A DNA stretch of 62,918 bases, the filler included, from Octopus bimaculoides (lineage: Eukaryota), in the NCBI RefSeq assembly GCF_001194135.2. It is 6 parts of 5 records of this genome, joined end to end, with 100 filler letters (N's around TTAATTAATTAA, not from the genome) between each part and the next. Parts side by side here need not be neighbours in the genome. Positions count along the whole stretch, not along the records: positions 9,882 to 20,336 come from NC_068982.1; positions 20,437 to 48,025 come from NC_068992.1; 4 more parts are not named here. The stretch is one strand, 5' to 3'. Below the pieces are notes generated by a model that was not told where the DNA came from, made no database searches, and saw nothing but the letters and a program-made list of their open reading frames with translations. Below, piece by piece: positions 11,867 to 24,162 of this stretch. A program made the position numbers and the translations under genes. Numbering within the stretch: position 1 is the stretch's first letter; the number at the start of each line of letters is the position of its first letter.

Positions 11867-12684
11867 ATCTAAAGTGTCATTTCATTATTTAAGATGGCAG
11901 GAACAATTTGAGTGAGTTTTGGCAGCTATTTCATGGCAGTTGAATAACTAAAGAAAGGTTCTTTCTTTCCTTAACTCATTTCATTCATCTGTTCTTTAGG
12001 AATGCTAATATTTGTAAAAACAACTTTGCCGAAACTATACTCTGACGTTTTAAAGACGCAAGTTGTGCTCTATCCAAATCTGAATATGAAAGGATAGTTT
12101 AAGAAAGAATAATAAAAATTGTATTCAGTGAAGAAGGAATTAAGTTAAGAATTATCTCAAATCATTCGGTCTCCTGACATATCTGTCTCTGTTAGCATTA
12201 GATATTGTGTAAGTTTAATCCATATACATTGTGTAAATCAATTTATTGTCTTGCGACTATTTAAATATTTGTGATGGCTTCTGGAAGAAATTATCTTCCA
12301 GCATAGTTTTCATTTATCATTGGAGACTCTTTCAGGAATATTAATTACACCATTTCTCTGTTATTAATTATTCTCTTTAATTATAACAATGAAATACTTA
12401 CAATCAAGATTATTAATACATACTGTAAACTGAAAGATTGAGATTTTGGACTGATGACCCCTTGATTATAAAGACATCCTAATGGATTGGTAGAATCAGT
12501 AGATTGCTAGACAAACTGCCAGCCTGAGGTGAAATCTTGCCAAGGTCAACTGTAATTTATATTCTTCAGCTGTTGATCAAATAAAGTCTAGTACAACTTT
12601 GATAGAATGATCCAATATATGTTTATGTTGACTATCAACATACGCTTTATGTTAGACAACTGTATATGAGTTCATTATTTAGAT

Positions 12685-12815
12685 GCACAGGCATGGCTGT
12701 GTGGTAAGAAGGTTGCTTCCCAATCACGTGGCAACTTGAGTAAATGCCTTCTACAATATCCTGGGACTGACTGAAGCCTTGTGAGTGGATTTAGCTGATG
12801 GTAACTGAAAGAATC
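12685..12815 (+). mobile_element. Diverged SINE family A head
   Basis: CAGGCATGGCTGTGTGGTAAGAAGGTTGCTTCCCAATCAC...GCCTTGTGAGTGGATTTAGCTGATGGTAACTGAAAGAA. Confidence 0.7.
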
Positions 12816-13205
12816 AAGCTGCTATATTACAAATACTAGAAGAATGGTATGAGATTTAGTTCCTTCCCTTTCTGAGAATCATGGATGAATTAATCAATTT
12901 TCCAAGTTAAAAATTTTATTCTAAATTACTGACAACTTCATAGCACAGACAACATAAGCATTGCACAACACAGAATATAATCAGAAAGAATGGTTAATTG
13001 CTTTTGAAAATGAATTAGTAGCCCCAAACCTTGAAGATATAGGAAAAGGATATTCCGCTTTTCTGTTAAAAATATGATTAATTGCAAATTTATATAAATA
13101 TCATTCTAGAAATACTTATACTTGCCTTTCCCTTTTAAATGCCATGTGTTTAGTTCAGTATACATTTGAAATAAATGGTGTAATTATATGCAAACATGAA
13201 AACCA

Positions 13206-13252
<47 letters not shown>

Positions 13253-13547
13253 CAGATACAATCGCACATAGGTACATACATATATCATCATCACTGTTCT
13301 TTTTGATCTGGCATGGGTTGGATAAGACCTCCTGAGGCAGTATATGTACATGTGTGTGTATGTTTGTGTTTGTACATATATATATACACACACACACTTA
13401 CACACAAATGCACACACAGATAGATACATACACACATAGATAGGTACATACATATATCCTCATCATCATCATCATCATCNNNNNNNNNNACAGATAGATA
13501 CATACACACATAGATAGGTACATACATATATCCTCATCATCATCATC

Positions 13548-13595
<48 letters not shown>

Positions 13596-13600
13596 TTAAA

Positions 13601-13638
<38 letters not shown>

Positions 13639-14014
13639 CCGTCGCCCTCACTGCCCTTCTATGATCTGGTATGGGTTCTGCTGATGAGAGCAATAGGTAA
13701 ATATTTAAATTTTACTTTAAGTTTGAAATTCGATCAGGTACGGAGTTAACCAACCTTGTTGATTCATTATTTTTCTTTTGCTTGCCTACAATGCAGTGTG
13801 TTATTCTTGGAGATTTTAAAGTGATAATTAGGGGCTTTAGTATCTATTTCTTGCAGTGCATGGTGAGGCGTAAAAACCAATACCATATAATTATGTATAT
13901 AATTATAAAACATTTTGTAAAATTTACCTATCAGGTTTTTAATTCCGCACTAACTACCTGGTAAAATTATCATTGATTTTAACCTTTATTATAATTATTA
14001 TTATAATTAATATT

Positions 14015-14054
<40 letters not shown>

Positions 14055-14888
14055 NNNNNNNNNNNNNNNNNNNNNNNNNNNNNNNNNNNNNNNNNNNNNN
14101 NNNNNNNNNNNNNNNNNNNNNNNNNNNNNNNNNNNNNNNNNNNNNNNNNNNNNNNNNNNNNNNNNNNNNNNNNNNNNNNNNNNNNNNNNNNNNNNNNNNN
14201 NNNNNNNNNNNNNNNNNNNNNNNNNNNNNNNNNNNNNNNNNNNNNNNNNNNNNNNNNNNNNNNNNNNNNNNNNNNNNNNNNNNNNNNNNNNNNNNNNNNN
14301 NNNNNNNNNNNNNNNNNNNNNNNNNNNNNNNNNNNNNNNNNNNNNNNNNNNNNNNNNNNNNNNNNNNNNNNNNNNNNNNNNNNNNNNNNNNNNNNNNNNN
14401 NNNNNNNNNNNNNNNNNNNNNNNNNNNNNNNNNNNNNNNNNNNNNNNNNNNNNNNNNNNNNNNNNNNNNNNNNNNNNNNNNNNNNNNNNNNNNNNNNNNN
14501 NNNNNNNNNNNNNNNNNNNNNNNNNNNNNNNNNNNNNNNNNNNNNNNNNNNNNNNNNNNNNNNNNNNNNNNNNNNNNNNNNNNNNNNNNNNNNNNNNNNN
14601 NNNNNNNNNNNNNNNNNNNNNNNNNNNNNNNNNNNNNNNNNNNNNNNNNNNNNNNNNNNNNNNNNNNNNNNNNNNNNNNNNNNNNNNNNNNNNNNNNNNN
14701 NNNNNNNNNNNNNNNNNNNNNNNNNNNNNNNNNNNNNNNNNNNNNNNNNNNNNNNNNNNNNNNNNNNNNNNNNATGTGTGTGTATATATATATATATATA
14801 TATACACATATGCACATACACATTAATACACAGATACATACATATATACATACCATCATACACACTCACACACACACACACACGCACG

Positions 14889-14919
<31 letters not shown>

Positions 14920-14944
14920 GTATGTATGTATGCATGCATGTATT

Positions 14945-16520
14945 TACAAAACTTTGGCAGACAGCTGATGGATCTATATTATGTAGGTGTTAAAATAAAG
15001 TCTGCAAAGCTACATTTCATTTTGAAGAGAACTGGATTGCTAACCATGCTTCAACAGTGATGGAATAAAGATAAAGTTGCTATCAGTTTTGAATATGAAA
15101 ACACAATCAGTTTCATCTCATAACAACCACACGTAGTTGTTATAGCTAAGAATTCAAATGATTATTCAGTATCACATATTTCTCCGGTTGCACAGTATAA
15201 CAAGGATACCGGTTTCAAATTGTGGCACAAGGCCAGCAATTTCAGAGGAGGAGCTAAGTCGATTACATTGACCCCCATTGTTCAACTGGTACTTATTTTA
15301 TCGACCTCGAAAGGATGAAAGGCAAAGTCGACCCCGGTGGAATTTGAACTCAGAATTTAAAGACAGATAAAATACTGCTGAGCATTTCATCTGGCATGCC
15401 AATGATTCCTTGTTTGTCCCCTCGATGTTTAGCCCCCTGTGGGCAATAAAGAAATATATATATATATATGACTGGCTTCTTTCAGTTTCCATCTACCAAA
15501 TCCACATACAAGGTTTTGGTCAGCCTGAGGTTATAGTAGAAGACACTTATCCAAGGTGTTATGCAGTTGGGCTGAACCCAGAACCATGTGATTGGGAAGC
15601 AAGCTTCGTACGACATAATTATGCTTGTGCCTACATGATGAAAAATTTTTCAGTATAATGGGGCGACAAAGAATTCAAAATGAATACTAATATGAAGTAA
15701 TTTGGCAGCTGGAACAGTAAAAGAACCAGTTAAGAGATGGAAATTCTAATATTGCTTTAGAATATTTGTTCAATTATATATATACCGTATATTCAAACTG
15801 ATAGTTTTAATGTACCAAAAATGTTTCGTTGCTTTCAAACAAAACCCAATACACTTATGATAAACCGTTTGAAAAAATTATAGAATTACACTAAAAGTAA
15901 ATGAAGTGTCTGAAAATATAATTATGTATATTGAAAAAGTAGTTCATAAATAGTTTTGTTTTTAATGCTTCCTTTATAAAATCCATGTTGTTTACTTCAT
16001 TTATTAACAGAAATGTTTGAACATGGAATACAAGAATGCTTGAAGTCTACATACCACAATGATGCCAGTTTTAGTCTAAAAATGAACTGCTTGTTGTTTT
16101 TGTGTTGCCACCAGGTGACGATATTGTAGCTGGATTTGATGTTAATAATATTCCCCAAAAAGATATGTCTTATTTTGTAACTGATTATATCAAGCCAGCA
16201 AGGGAATAAATCAAAAAAGATGGTGCCTTGGACATCCTTTTCTATTAACTATTTGGAATATTTCAGAGCAATATATAACAGGAACCCTTCATACTATAAA
16301 TAGTTTAAAAGTGTGCCATTGTGCATTGAAACATACAATGAGCATTAATCATCCAAATATTTGGTACCTCATTGATGTGTAAAATCTGTGAAAAAGGTTT
16401 CCAAGTGCCAAACTGCAAAAATCTAACCAAAGAAAAAACATCAGTTAGAAGAAAAATGAAATTGCAGTGATATGAAGGAGTGTAATAGAAATGTGTTTGA
16501 AAATTATGATCCTGAACGAA
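14945..16520 (+). pseudogene. Fossil Mutator-like (MULE) transposase with N-terminal FLYWCH-like zinc finger, interrupted by SINEs
   Basis: Frameshifted blocks occur in the correct order: TADGSILCRC*NKVCKATFH (FLYWCH-like, about 14960); DGNSNIALEY/VQLYI (DGTF-like, about 15737); LLSNKTQYTYDKPFEKIIEL; IIMYIEKV (D-F-E-like); EHGIQECLKSTYHNDASFSLKM; VFVLPPGDDIVAGFD...YFVTDYIKP; HPFLLTIWN...TINSLKVCHCALKHTMSINHPNIWYLID. Confidence 0.75.
15205..15635 (-). mobile_element. SINE family B copy followed by SINE family A 5' part (inserted in the MULE)
   Basis: Family B core at 15290-15350. Family A head reverse complement at 15474-15630. Confidence 0.85.
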
Positions 16521-17844
16521 AAAAATTAATTCGTTGAAAGCAGTTATGTAATGTAAAATTATAAAATCTCAATGTTTGTTGCTATGAAATTTTGTTTTTT
16601 TAGTTAGAATTTTTTGTGTTGTGTTCTTGATAAATTTTAAAATCATAAAATTATTTTGGATAAATTTTAGTTTTAGTTACCATGATTGAAGTTACAGTGG
16701 CCTGGGAAGACAGACTGAAAATTTCTTTCCAGTGAAAAAACGTCAATGATCAAGTGTTGGTCAACAGGACACTTGTCATAAGATGGCATCTAGTCTCATT
16801 CTGTAGTGAAGTCAGGTGATGAGGCTTTCCAACTACTTCGATGTGATACTTCCTGCAAAAGATCGGTTTGGGCCCCAAATAAATGAAGAAAGCCACTAAG
16901 GAGATAGTTATTGCTGAAACCAGTTCAGGTTGGTTGTAGTTGACAAGAGAGCTCAGGTGAAACCCTTCCATAGGCCAAGTCCAATCCTATCTTTACTGAT
17001 CCACTCAGGCAAAGTTTATGAGCTAAGGAGTGAAATGATTGTGACTCTGAGATACCTGCTGATGATACAGAAGGGTTTCCAGCATTGTTATAGATTGGAA
17101 GAAGAGCTTTCAATATCTCTGATTCTGCATGGTGCAAAATATTCCCGATATTTATTTCTCACATATACCTGTCTCCATTCTACACAGGTTATTTTACGTA
17201 CATCTCTCTAATTTGATGTGCTCAATAAAATTAGGAAAGAACGTAATTAAAGGACTCTAAAAATAGCGTTTTACATTGTGGTATAAAATCCCCCCAAAAT
17301 AAAAAAAAAACAGTACAAATTGAAACAAAACAAAAACAGAATTGAATAACCTGGTGATGTTGTGAGTTGAATGCTGATGATAAAATGAAATACCAAACAA
17401 ATTAAGCTAACAAGTTTACTAATTACAAATTGACCTGCAATAAATTGAACAGATATATATATATATATATATATATANNNNNNNNNNNNNNNNNNNNNNN
17501 NNNNNNNNNNNNNNNNNNNNNNNNNNNNNNNNNNNNNNNNNNNNNNNNNNNNNNNNNNNNNNNNNNNNNNNNNNNNNNNNNNNNNNNNNNNNNNNNNNNN
17601 NNNNNNNNNNNNNNNNNNNNNNNNNNNNNNNNNNNNNNNNNNNNNNNNNNNNNNNNNNNNNNNNNNNNNNNNNNNNNNNNNNNNNNNNNNNNNNNNNNNN
17701 NNNNNNNNNNNNNNNNNNNNNNNNNNNNNNNNNNNNNNNNNNNNNNNNNNNNNNNNNNNNNNNNNNNNNNNNNNNNNNNNNNNNNNNNNNNNNNNNNNNN
17801 NNNNNNNNNNNNNNNNNNNNNNNNNNNNNNNNNNNNNNNNNNNN

Positions 17845-18125
17845 TAGACGGAAACTGAAAGAAGCTCGTCGTATATATGTATATATATATATGTATGTGT
17901 GTGTGTTTGTGTGTCTGTGTTTGTCCCCCTAGCATTGCTTGACAACCGATGCTGGTGTGTTTATGTCCCCGTAACTTAGCGGTTCGGCAAAAGATACCGA
18001 TAGAATAAGTACTAGGCTTACAAAGAATAAGTCCCGGGGTCGATTTGCTCGACTAAAGGCGGTGCTCCAGCATGGCCGCAGTCAAATGACTGAAACAAAT
18101 AAAAGAATAAAAGAATAAAAGAATA
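17845..18125 (+). mobile_element. SINE family A, 3' two-thirds (head lost in gap)
   Basis: TAGACGGAAACTGAAAGAAGC, internal (TA)/(TG) microsatellite, ...GGCGGTGCTCCAGCATGGCCGCAGTCAAATGACTGAAACAAATAAAAGAATAAAAGAAT tail. Confidence 0.9.
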
Positions 18126-18336
18126 TATATATCTGACATCTGTTCAATTCTGATTTAATCTTCCATGTGTTGACATGTACCTCCTTGCGACAATGTAAAC
18201 TTTCATCTAATCAAGATACCCTCACCTGAAGAGTAGCCTGCAGTATACACCTCACTTGGATATTTAACACTTCTGAGGTTCCTCTTACTATGACACATAT
18301 GTAACCCGGATCTTATCTACTCCAGTCCTTAACTCT

Positions 18337-18383
<47 letters not shown>

Positions 18384-19635
18384 TCATATGCTTACAAGTG
18401 TAAATGTGTAAGTAGGAGAAATTATCTGCAGTAATGGACAGAGGAATAGAAAACGTGTGTCATCCTACACAGGTACATACACACACATGCATAAATACAT
18501 ACCTGAATATCTTCACACATACACACAAAACTTAGAAAATCATGAAGGGTAATTGACAACCTTCATTCAAGTATCCAAGTAGCAGGCAAACACTGGTTTC
18601 TCTATGCTGAAAGTTAACTGATGGATATGAGAACAGTGGATGTGCTAAGAAAGGTGGAAGAAAGACAAGAGAAATGTTAGAAGTGTGACAAAAAGAGAAG
18701 GATTAAATAGATAAATTGTTCAGTTAGAGATTGATAGAGTGTATATATGTGTGATAGAACAAGGGAGAGAATTAGTCAACAGTCAATCAGCAAGAAGGTA
18801 AGTGAGGTAGACAGTGAGGTAGAGTAGTCAGTGAAATACAAGGATAGACTGGAGAAAGAGTGAGAGGTGAAGTGATAGCATGATAAAGACAGGAGAAATG
18901 TAAAAATAGACAGTGATCTACAATAGAATGGAAATTAGAGAGGTAACGTGATAAAGTAAAAGAGTTATAGTGTGTGAGAAAATAATAGAAATAAATGGAA
19001 AACGTAATTCATGAATAATATTACTTTGTATATGTGGAGGAGTGAATATAGAAAATGGAGAGAAGAGATGGAAGCAGATTTTGATCAGGAGGAAAAGGAA
19101 AAGGAATTATATAGATAGAGGAAATGAAGAAATAAAGATGTACACGGGTAAGAGAGTAAGAATAATGGAGAATGAAAGCATAATTATAAAGCAGTAAAAT
19201 AGGAAACCCAGGTAAAGAACATGAGAAAGACAAACTCGGAGAAGAATGAAAAAAAATTTAGATTTATAAGTATGCAGCTGGTAAAATGCAAGTCAACAAA
19301 GATGACGCTCTGAGTTCTTTAAAAAGCTGTTTGATTTTGAACAGCATAAAGAAAATGAAGGTTAATGCAAGAAATCAAAAGCCACAACAAGAAACATGAG
19401 GAAAAAAAGTGACAAGCGATAGCAAAAATGTAAAGAATAAATATCATAAATAAAACGAAGGAAACAGAATAAGGCTTGAAGCAGGAAGATTAAGAATTAA
19501 TTGTGTGTATGTGTATGCGTGTGTGTGTGCATGCATGTTCGTGTGTGCGTTCATGTGTGTGCATGTATGTGTGTGACATAAATTCTGTCATATTTTTTTA
19601 TGGATATTGCATAAGTATATTCACACATGCACATG

Positions 19636-19679
<44 letters not shown>

Positions 19680-20436
19680 ACACACACACTTCTGAAAATA
19701 CAGCACAATGTATTTTTATGTAGCTTATAAGAGTGATCATCATCACCATCATCCTCCTCATCATAACGATCACCATCATCATCACCATCATCATCATCAT
19801 CATCATCATCATCATTTACTGATCAATAATTTCTATAAAAATTAGAGCATAATTAATTTTCTTTTTTTTTTTATCTCTCATTGTTTACATTAATCAGGTT
19901 CCAATTTCTATACAAAATTATCGAATGCGTTCATAATCTACAATATAAAAATACAGCATGATCTCTTTTGTGAACTTTTTTTTATTTATATTTATATAGA
20001 CTTCTTTATAAATTTAAAAGCATTTTAATTCTTCAATTGAAAATGAGTTGAATAGTTTGTGTGAACTTTACTCATAGACAGTTACTATTTCAAAGTGACA
20101 GAATAACTACTTCATTTTGATTTGTTACCATTTTGTGACAACCCTGGTGTTCTCTCTTGAATAAAAAGCAGCAACACTATTTGATACAATTTTCTACTAA
20201 TAGTATGAAACGCAAGCTTATTGCTGAGCAATATCTATTTATTTTGATATATGTGTCTCATGGATATTTTTTGTGTCATTGTTAGTGTGCACATGCATGT
20301 ATGTATATATATATGTATATATATATATATATATATNNNNNNNNNNNNNNNNNNNNNNNNNNNNNNNNNNNNNNNNNNNNTTAATTAATTAANNNNNNNN
20401 NNNNNNNNNNNNNNNNNNNNNNNNNNNNNNNNNNNN

Positions 20437-20467
<31 letters not shown>

Positions 20468-20468
<1 letters not shown>

Positions 20469-21365
20469 CATTGCTGGTACACCGGGAGAGTGGCTGCATG
20501 ATTTCCTTAAAGACAGAAATCAGGTCGTTGCAGTCGACCGTACCTTTCTGAAGAAGCTCAAATCCTAAATGGTGTCTCCCGAGGAACTGTTACTTTTCAG
20601 AATAGCTAGCTTAGACATGCCCACGATCACTCGGACAGCCACTGTTACTAGCTATGCCGATGATACAATTATCACAGGCAATCAATAACTAAAATGCGGT
20701 TTCAAGCTTACAGCCGAACCTGGCAGCAGAGTGCAGACGACAGGGCAGGATGGATACTGAGGTCCTTCAAGACAAGAGACCAACAAACTATGTTGACCCT
20801 CTGGAGAACCTTTCTTCTCGGCCGCCTGAACTACTGCTCCCAGTTATGCTCACCATATAGAGCCAAGCTAACAGCAGAACTAAAAAGAATGAAACAGTGC
20901 AACGGATGAGCTACAGGAATAGGCTGAGCAACCTACAACTTTGCTCCCTCGAGCGAAAGCGTGAGCGATAAGCAATAATATACATATGGAAAATCCTAGA
21001 AGGGCTAGTACCTAGCTTTGACATTGAGCGTTATACAAATGCCAGAACCAGCCGCCACTGAACAGTACCAAATGTACCATCCACTCCATCTAAATTCAGG
21101 AACAGGTCCTGCTGTAATCTAGGGTTCAAAGGCCCACAGCTCTTAAATATCTTGCCCCCAATATTAGGATGTCTGCATAAGGTGGAAGTAGATGTCTTCA
21201 AAAAGGAATTAGACATCTTCCTCTCCACAATACCGGATGAACCAACAGCTGGGACAAAGGCACATACAGGAATGGTGATGTGAAACACCCAGACTGAGGA
21301 AGTCAGAAAGACCATGGTGGTGCTCCAGCATGACCACGGCCACATGACTGAAAGAAGTAAAAGAC
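20468..21365 (+). mobile_element. CR1-clade LINE, 3' part with internal deletions
   Basis: EWLHDFLKDRNQVVAV...NGVSRGTV...VTSYADDT (RT motif); LRSFKTRD..TMLTLWRTFLLGRLNYCSQL; LERKRER*AIIYIWKILEGLVP; FKKELDIFLSTIPDEP; then 3' UTR. Confidence 0.88.
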
Positions 21366-21404
21366 CATATATATATATATATATATATAGTATATTTGGG
21401 GGAT

Positions 21405-21912
21405 AAACTGGAAAATGGCCATTAGTAATTTGGAGGTGCTTGAGAGGAGTGGCAGTAGAAGTAAAGAGTCAATGATTTTTTGCAAAGGCGTTAAGGTGGT
21501 GCGGGTCATTTGGTAAGGATGACTAATGAGCGACTGCCAAAGCAGCTATTGTATGTATTGTGAGCTGGAAGATGGCAAGAGGCCAGCACATAAGCTTAAA
21601 CGAAGGTTTAAGGATTGCCTTAAAAATGCTCTAATACAGAAAGGAACTGCAGCTGGTAATTGGGAGAGGGAAGCACAAAACTGTGATGGATGGAAGAAGA
21701 TAGTGCATGATGGTTGTTCAATGTTTGAGAGGGAAGGAGTGAAATATGAGAGAATTAGGAGGAGGATTAGAAGGGGGAACCTGTGCAAAGTGAGAGAGTG
21801 TTGCCTTTTACGTGTGTGGTTTGTGGGCGGAGGTTTTTAAGTCGAGCAGGCTTGGTGAGCCATCAAAATTCTCACAGAATTCGACCCATGGTAAACAATG
21901 ATGCGCCTATTA
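21405..21912 (+). mobile_element. RTE/BovB-like LINE 3' fragment with C-terminal C2H2 finger
   Basis: GINWKMAISNLEVLERSG...GHLVRMTNERLPKQLLYCELEDGKRPAHKLKRRFKDCLK...FTCVVCGRRFLSRAGLVSHQNSH. Confidence 0.88.
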
Positions 21913-21965
<53 letters not shown>

Positions 21966-23027
21966 TACATACTTATATAAAAATTCCTTAAACTGATGTG
22001 TCAGTATTAAGAATTCTCGATCGGCACTTATCGGACAATCATGGACTCTGTTTGTGTATATGTTTTCCTTCATGTGCATTAACTACAGCATTAGAGGGGT
22101 TTAGCTATTATTTCTAGCAAAATAGGTGATTCCTAACAACCTAGTCACATTTAGTGACATTTCTAATTCTGCTTTTTGGTTAAACATTGCAAACTGCTGT
22201 TTATATTTAATTTTATATACATATGTATATATGTATGTGCGTGTGCGCGTCGATAGGCGATGGGAAGGAAGATGTAAAGAGGCCTGTACATAAATTTTGA
22301 ACTGGAACATAATCAATGTGACAGCCAAATCAAGAGAATTAAACAAATATATGAGTTCGTGAAATACTACACACCTTGCTTTCCTTATAATAGGGGAATA
22401 TCTCAATTATTTTAAAATCGATAATTAAAATTTTGTGGTGAATAAAAAAAAACAAAATATATTTGTGCTCTGCTCTTCTTCGACATTTAAATATGGACAT
22501 CTAATTTGCATGCTTTTCTCTCCCTGAAACAAGAGAAATTCGTATTGTTTTAAGCTGAAGATAGGAAAAGAATGCAGAAACAGTAGAATGTCTACGGATT
22601 ACTTTGTAGTATAGAGTTTCAATCTTTTCGATTTTGATATCGACATATTTCTATGTATAATTATACTTTTTTCTGCTTTCGATTCTATTTAAAATTCATT
22701 TTTGTGTACTCTCTCAACATTCTAACACGAACATCAATATTCGGAAGGAAGCAACGAAATAAAAACCAACAATTTCTTTTTTTCTAAATTAAAATACCAC
22801 AAAACCGTAACGTAAAAATCTAGCTCCTGCAACTAGATGTATGCCTTAGTAGCAGTTGGTGGTTGAATGTCTATGCTTCCACACCAGAGCATCTCAAATC
22901 GTTCGCATTTCTCTCTTGAGTATGCTTCCATTTTTGAGACAGTGGTATGAAATTTGAGTCGTATTTAGCTTTTTTTTTTCTAATTGACAATGATGGTAAA
23001 GGAAAATAGCTATATATGATGGTAAAT

Positions 23028-23475
23028 ATTGATTTCAAATTTCGGCATGAGGCCAGCAATTTCGGGGCAGTGGTTAGTTGATTACATCACCCCACCCCCA
23101 GCGCTCAACTGGTACTTATTTTATCGACTCCGAAAGGATGAAGCGCAAACTCGACCCCCACCTGATTTGAACTCAGAAGTTAGGGGTTCTAAATGCCGCC
23201 AACCATCTTGTCCACTATGCAACCTATTCAGACAACTCGCCGCCTTATATTATGGCAAAAATTGGTTCCAAATTCTCGTACAAGGCCAGCAAGTTTTGAG
23301 GAAGGAACAAGTCGATTATCTCGACCCAGTTTTCAACTGGTACATTTTTTTTATCGACCTCGAAAAGGTGAAAGGCAAAGTTGACCATAGTGGAATTGGA
23401 ACTCAAAGGATAAAGATGGACGAAATGCCGCTAAACATTTTGTGCGGCATGCTAAAGATTCTACCATCTCTCTGC
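23028..23475 (-). mobile_element. Two adjacent SINE family B copies
   Basis: Core motifs ACTGGTAC..TTTTATCGAC..CGAAA.G.TGAA occur at about 23108 and 23337. Confidence 0.8.
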
Positions 23476-23803
23476 CTTATATTACAGTAAATATGGAACT
23501 GATGAAAGCTATGCATTGTTAGAATACCAGGAAATGAAGAATAAATAGTTTAAATCATTCTACCTTTACTTTATGAACTGCCTCGTAATCTCCAAAATCG
23601 AGCTTATCTTTTAATCTTTTGCCTTAGAGGAAGAAGCAATCATATATTCTTTTTGTATGCATTTATAAGACATTGTTGGCAGAAAACTTGGTGATAGTCA
23701 CCATCGCCGCTGCTGCTGCTGCGGTAGATGTCGTTGCCCTTGTTGTTGTGGCCAAGTCCAATGATCAAAGGCACTGCATTCATGACCAGCTCATGCTTTA
23801 TAA

Positions 23804-23857
23804 TTGTCCTATATTTAAAGTTGTCCTATATTTAAAGTTGTCCTATATTTAAAGTTG
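23804..23857. repeat. 17-bp tandem repeat x3 (TTGTCCTATATTTAAAG)
   Basis: Three perfect consecutive units. Confidence 0.95.
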
Positions 23858-24060
23858 CTGGTGTTTTATAGTAAGGAGTAAATATGAAGAGAGATATTCA
23901 TTGCCTGAATATTCGTGAGTATATTGATGGTGACCATGGGGAGTGGCAATCTTGTCTTCAATCAAAGATAATTTCAGGTTTGTTACTTTCTCATAAATGC
24001 TGATTGGTTGGGTGGTTTATCCAGTGTATGCTCACATCGTATTGACAAAGTAAGGGCCAG

Positions 24061-24073
24061 TGAGAGAGAAAGA

Positions 24074-24160
<87 letters not shown>
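24061..24160. repeat. (AG)n microsatellite
   Basis: Long, nearly pure AG array. Confidence 0.97.

Positions 24161-24162
<2 letters not shown>

Noticed and set aside
13430-13545. Duplicated CA/CAT block
   Set aside because: It flanks a 10-N gap; probably an assembly overlap within microsatellites.
16074-16208. Terminal exon of a host gene (SKNELLVVFVLPPGDDIVAGFD...)
   Set aside because: It is better explained as part of the MULE transposase, since the flanking MULE motifs continue on both sides.
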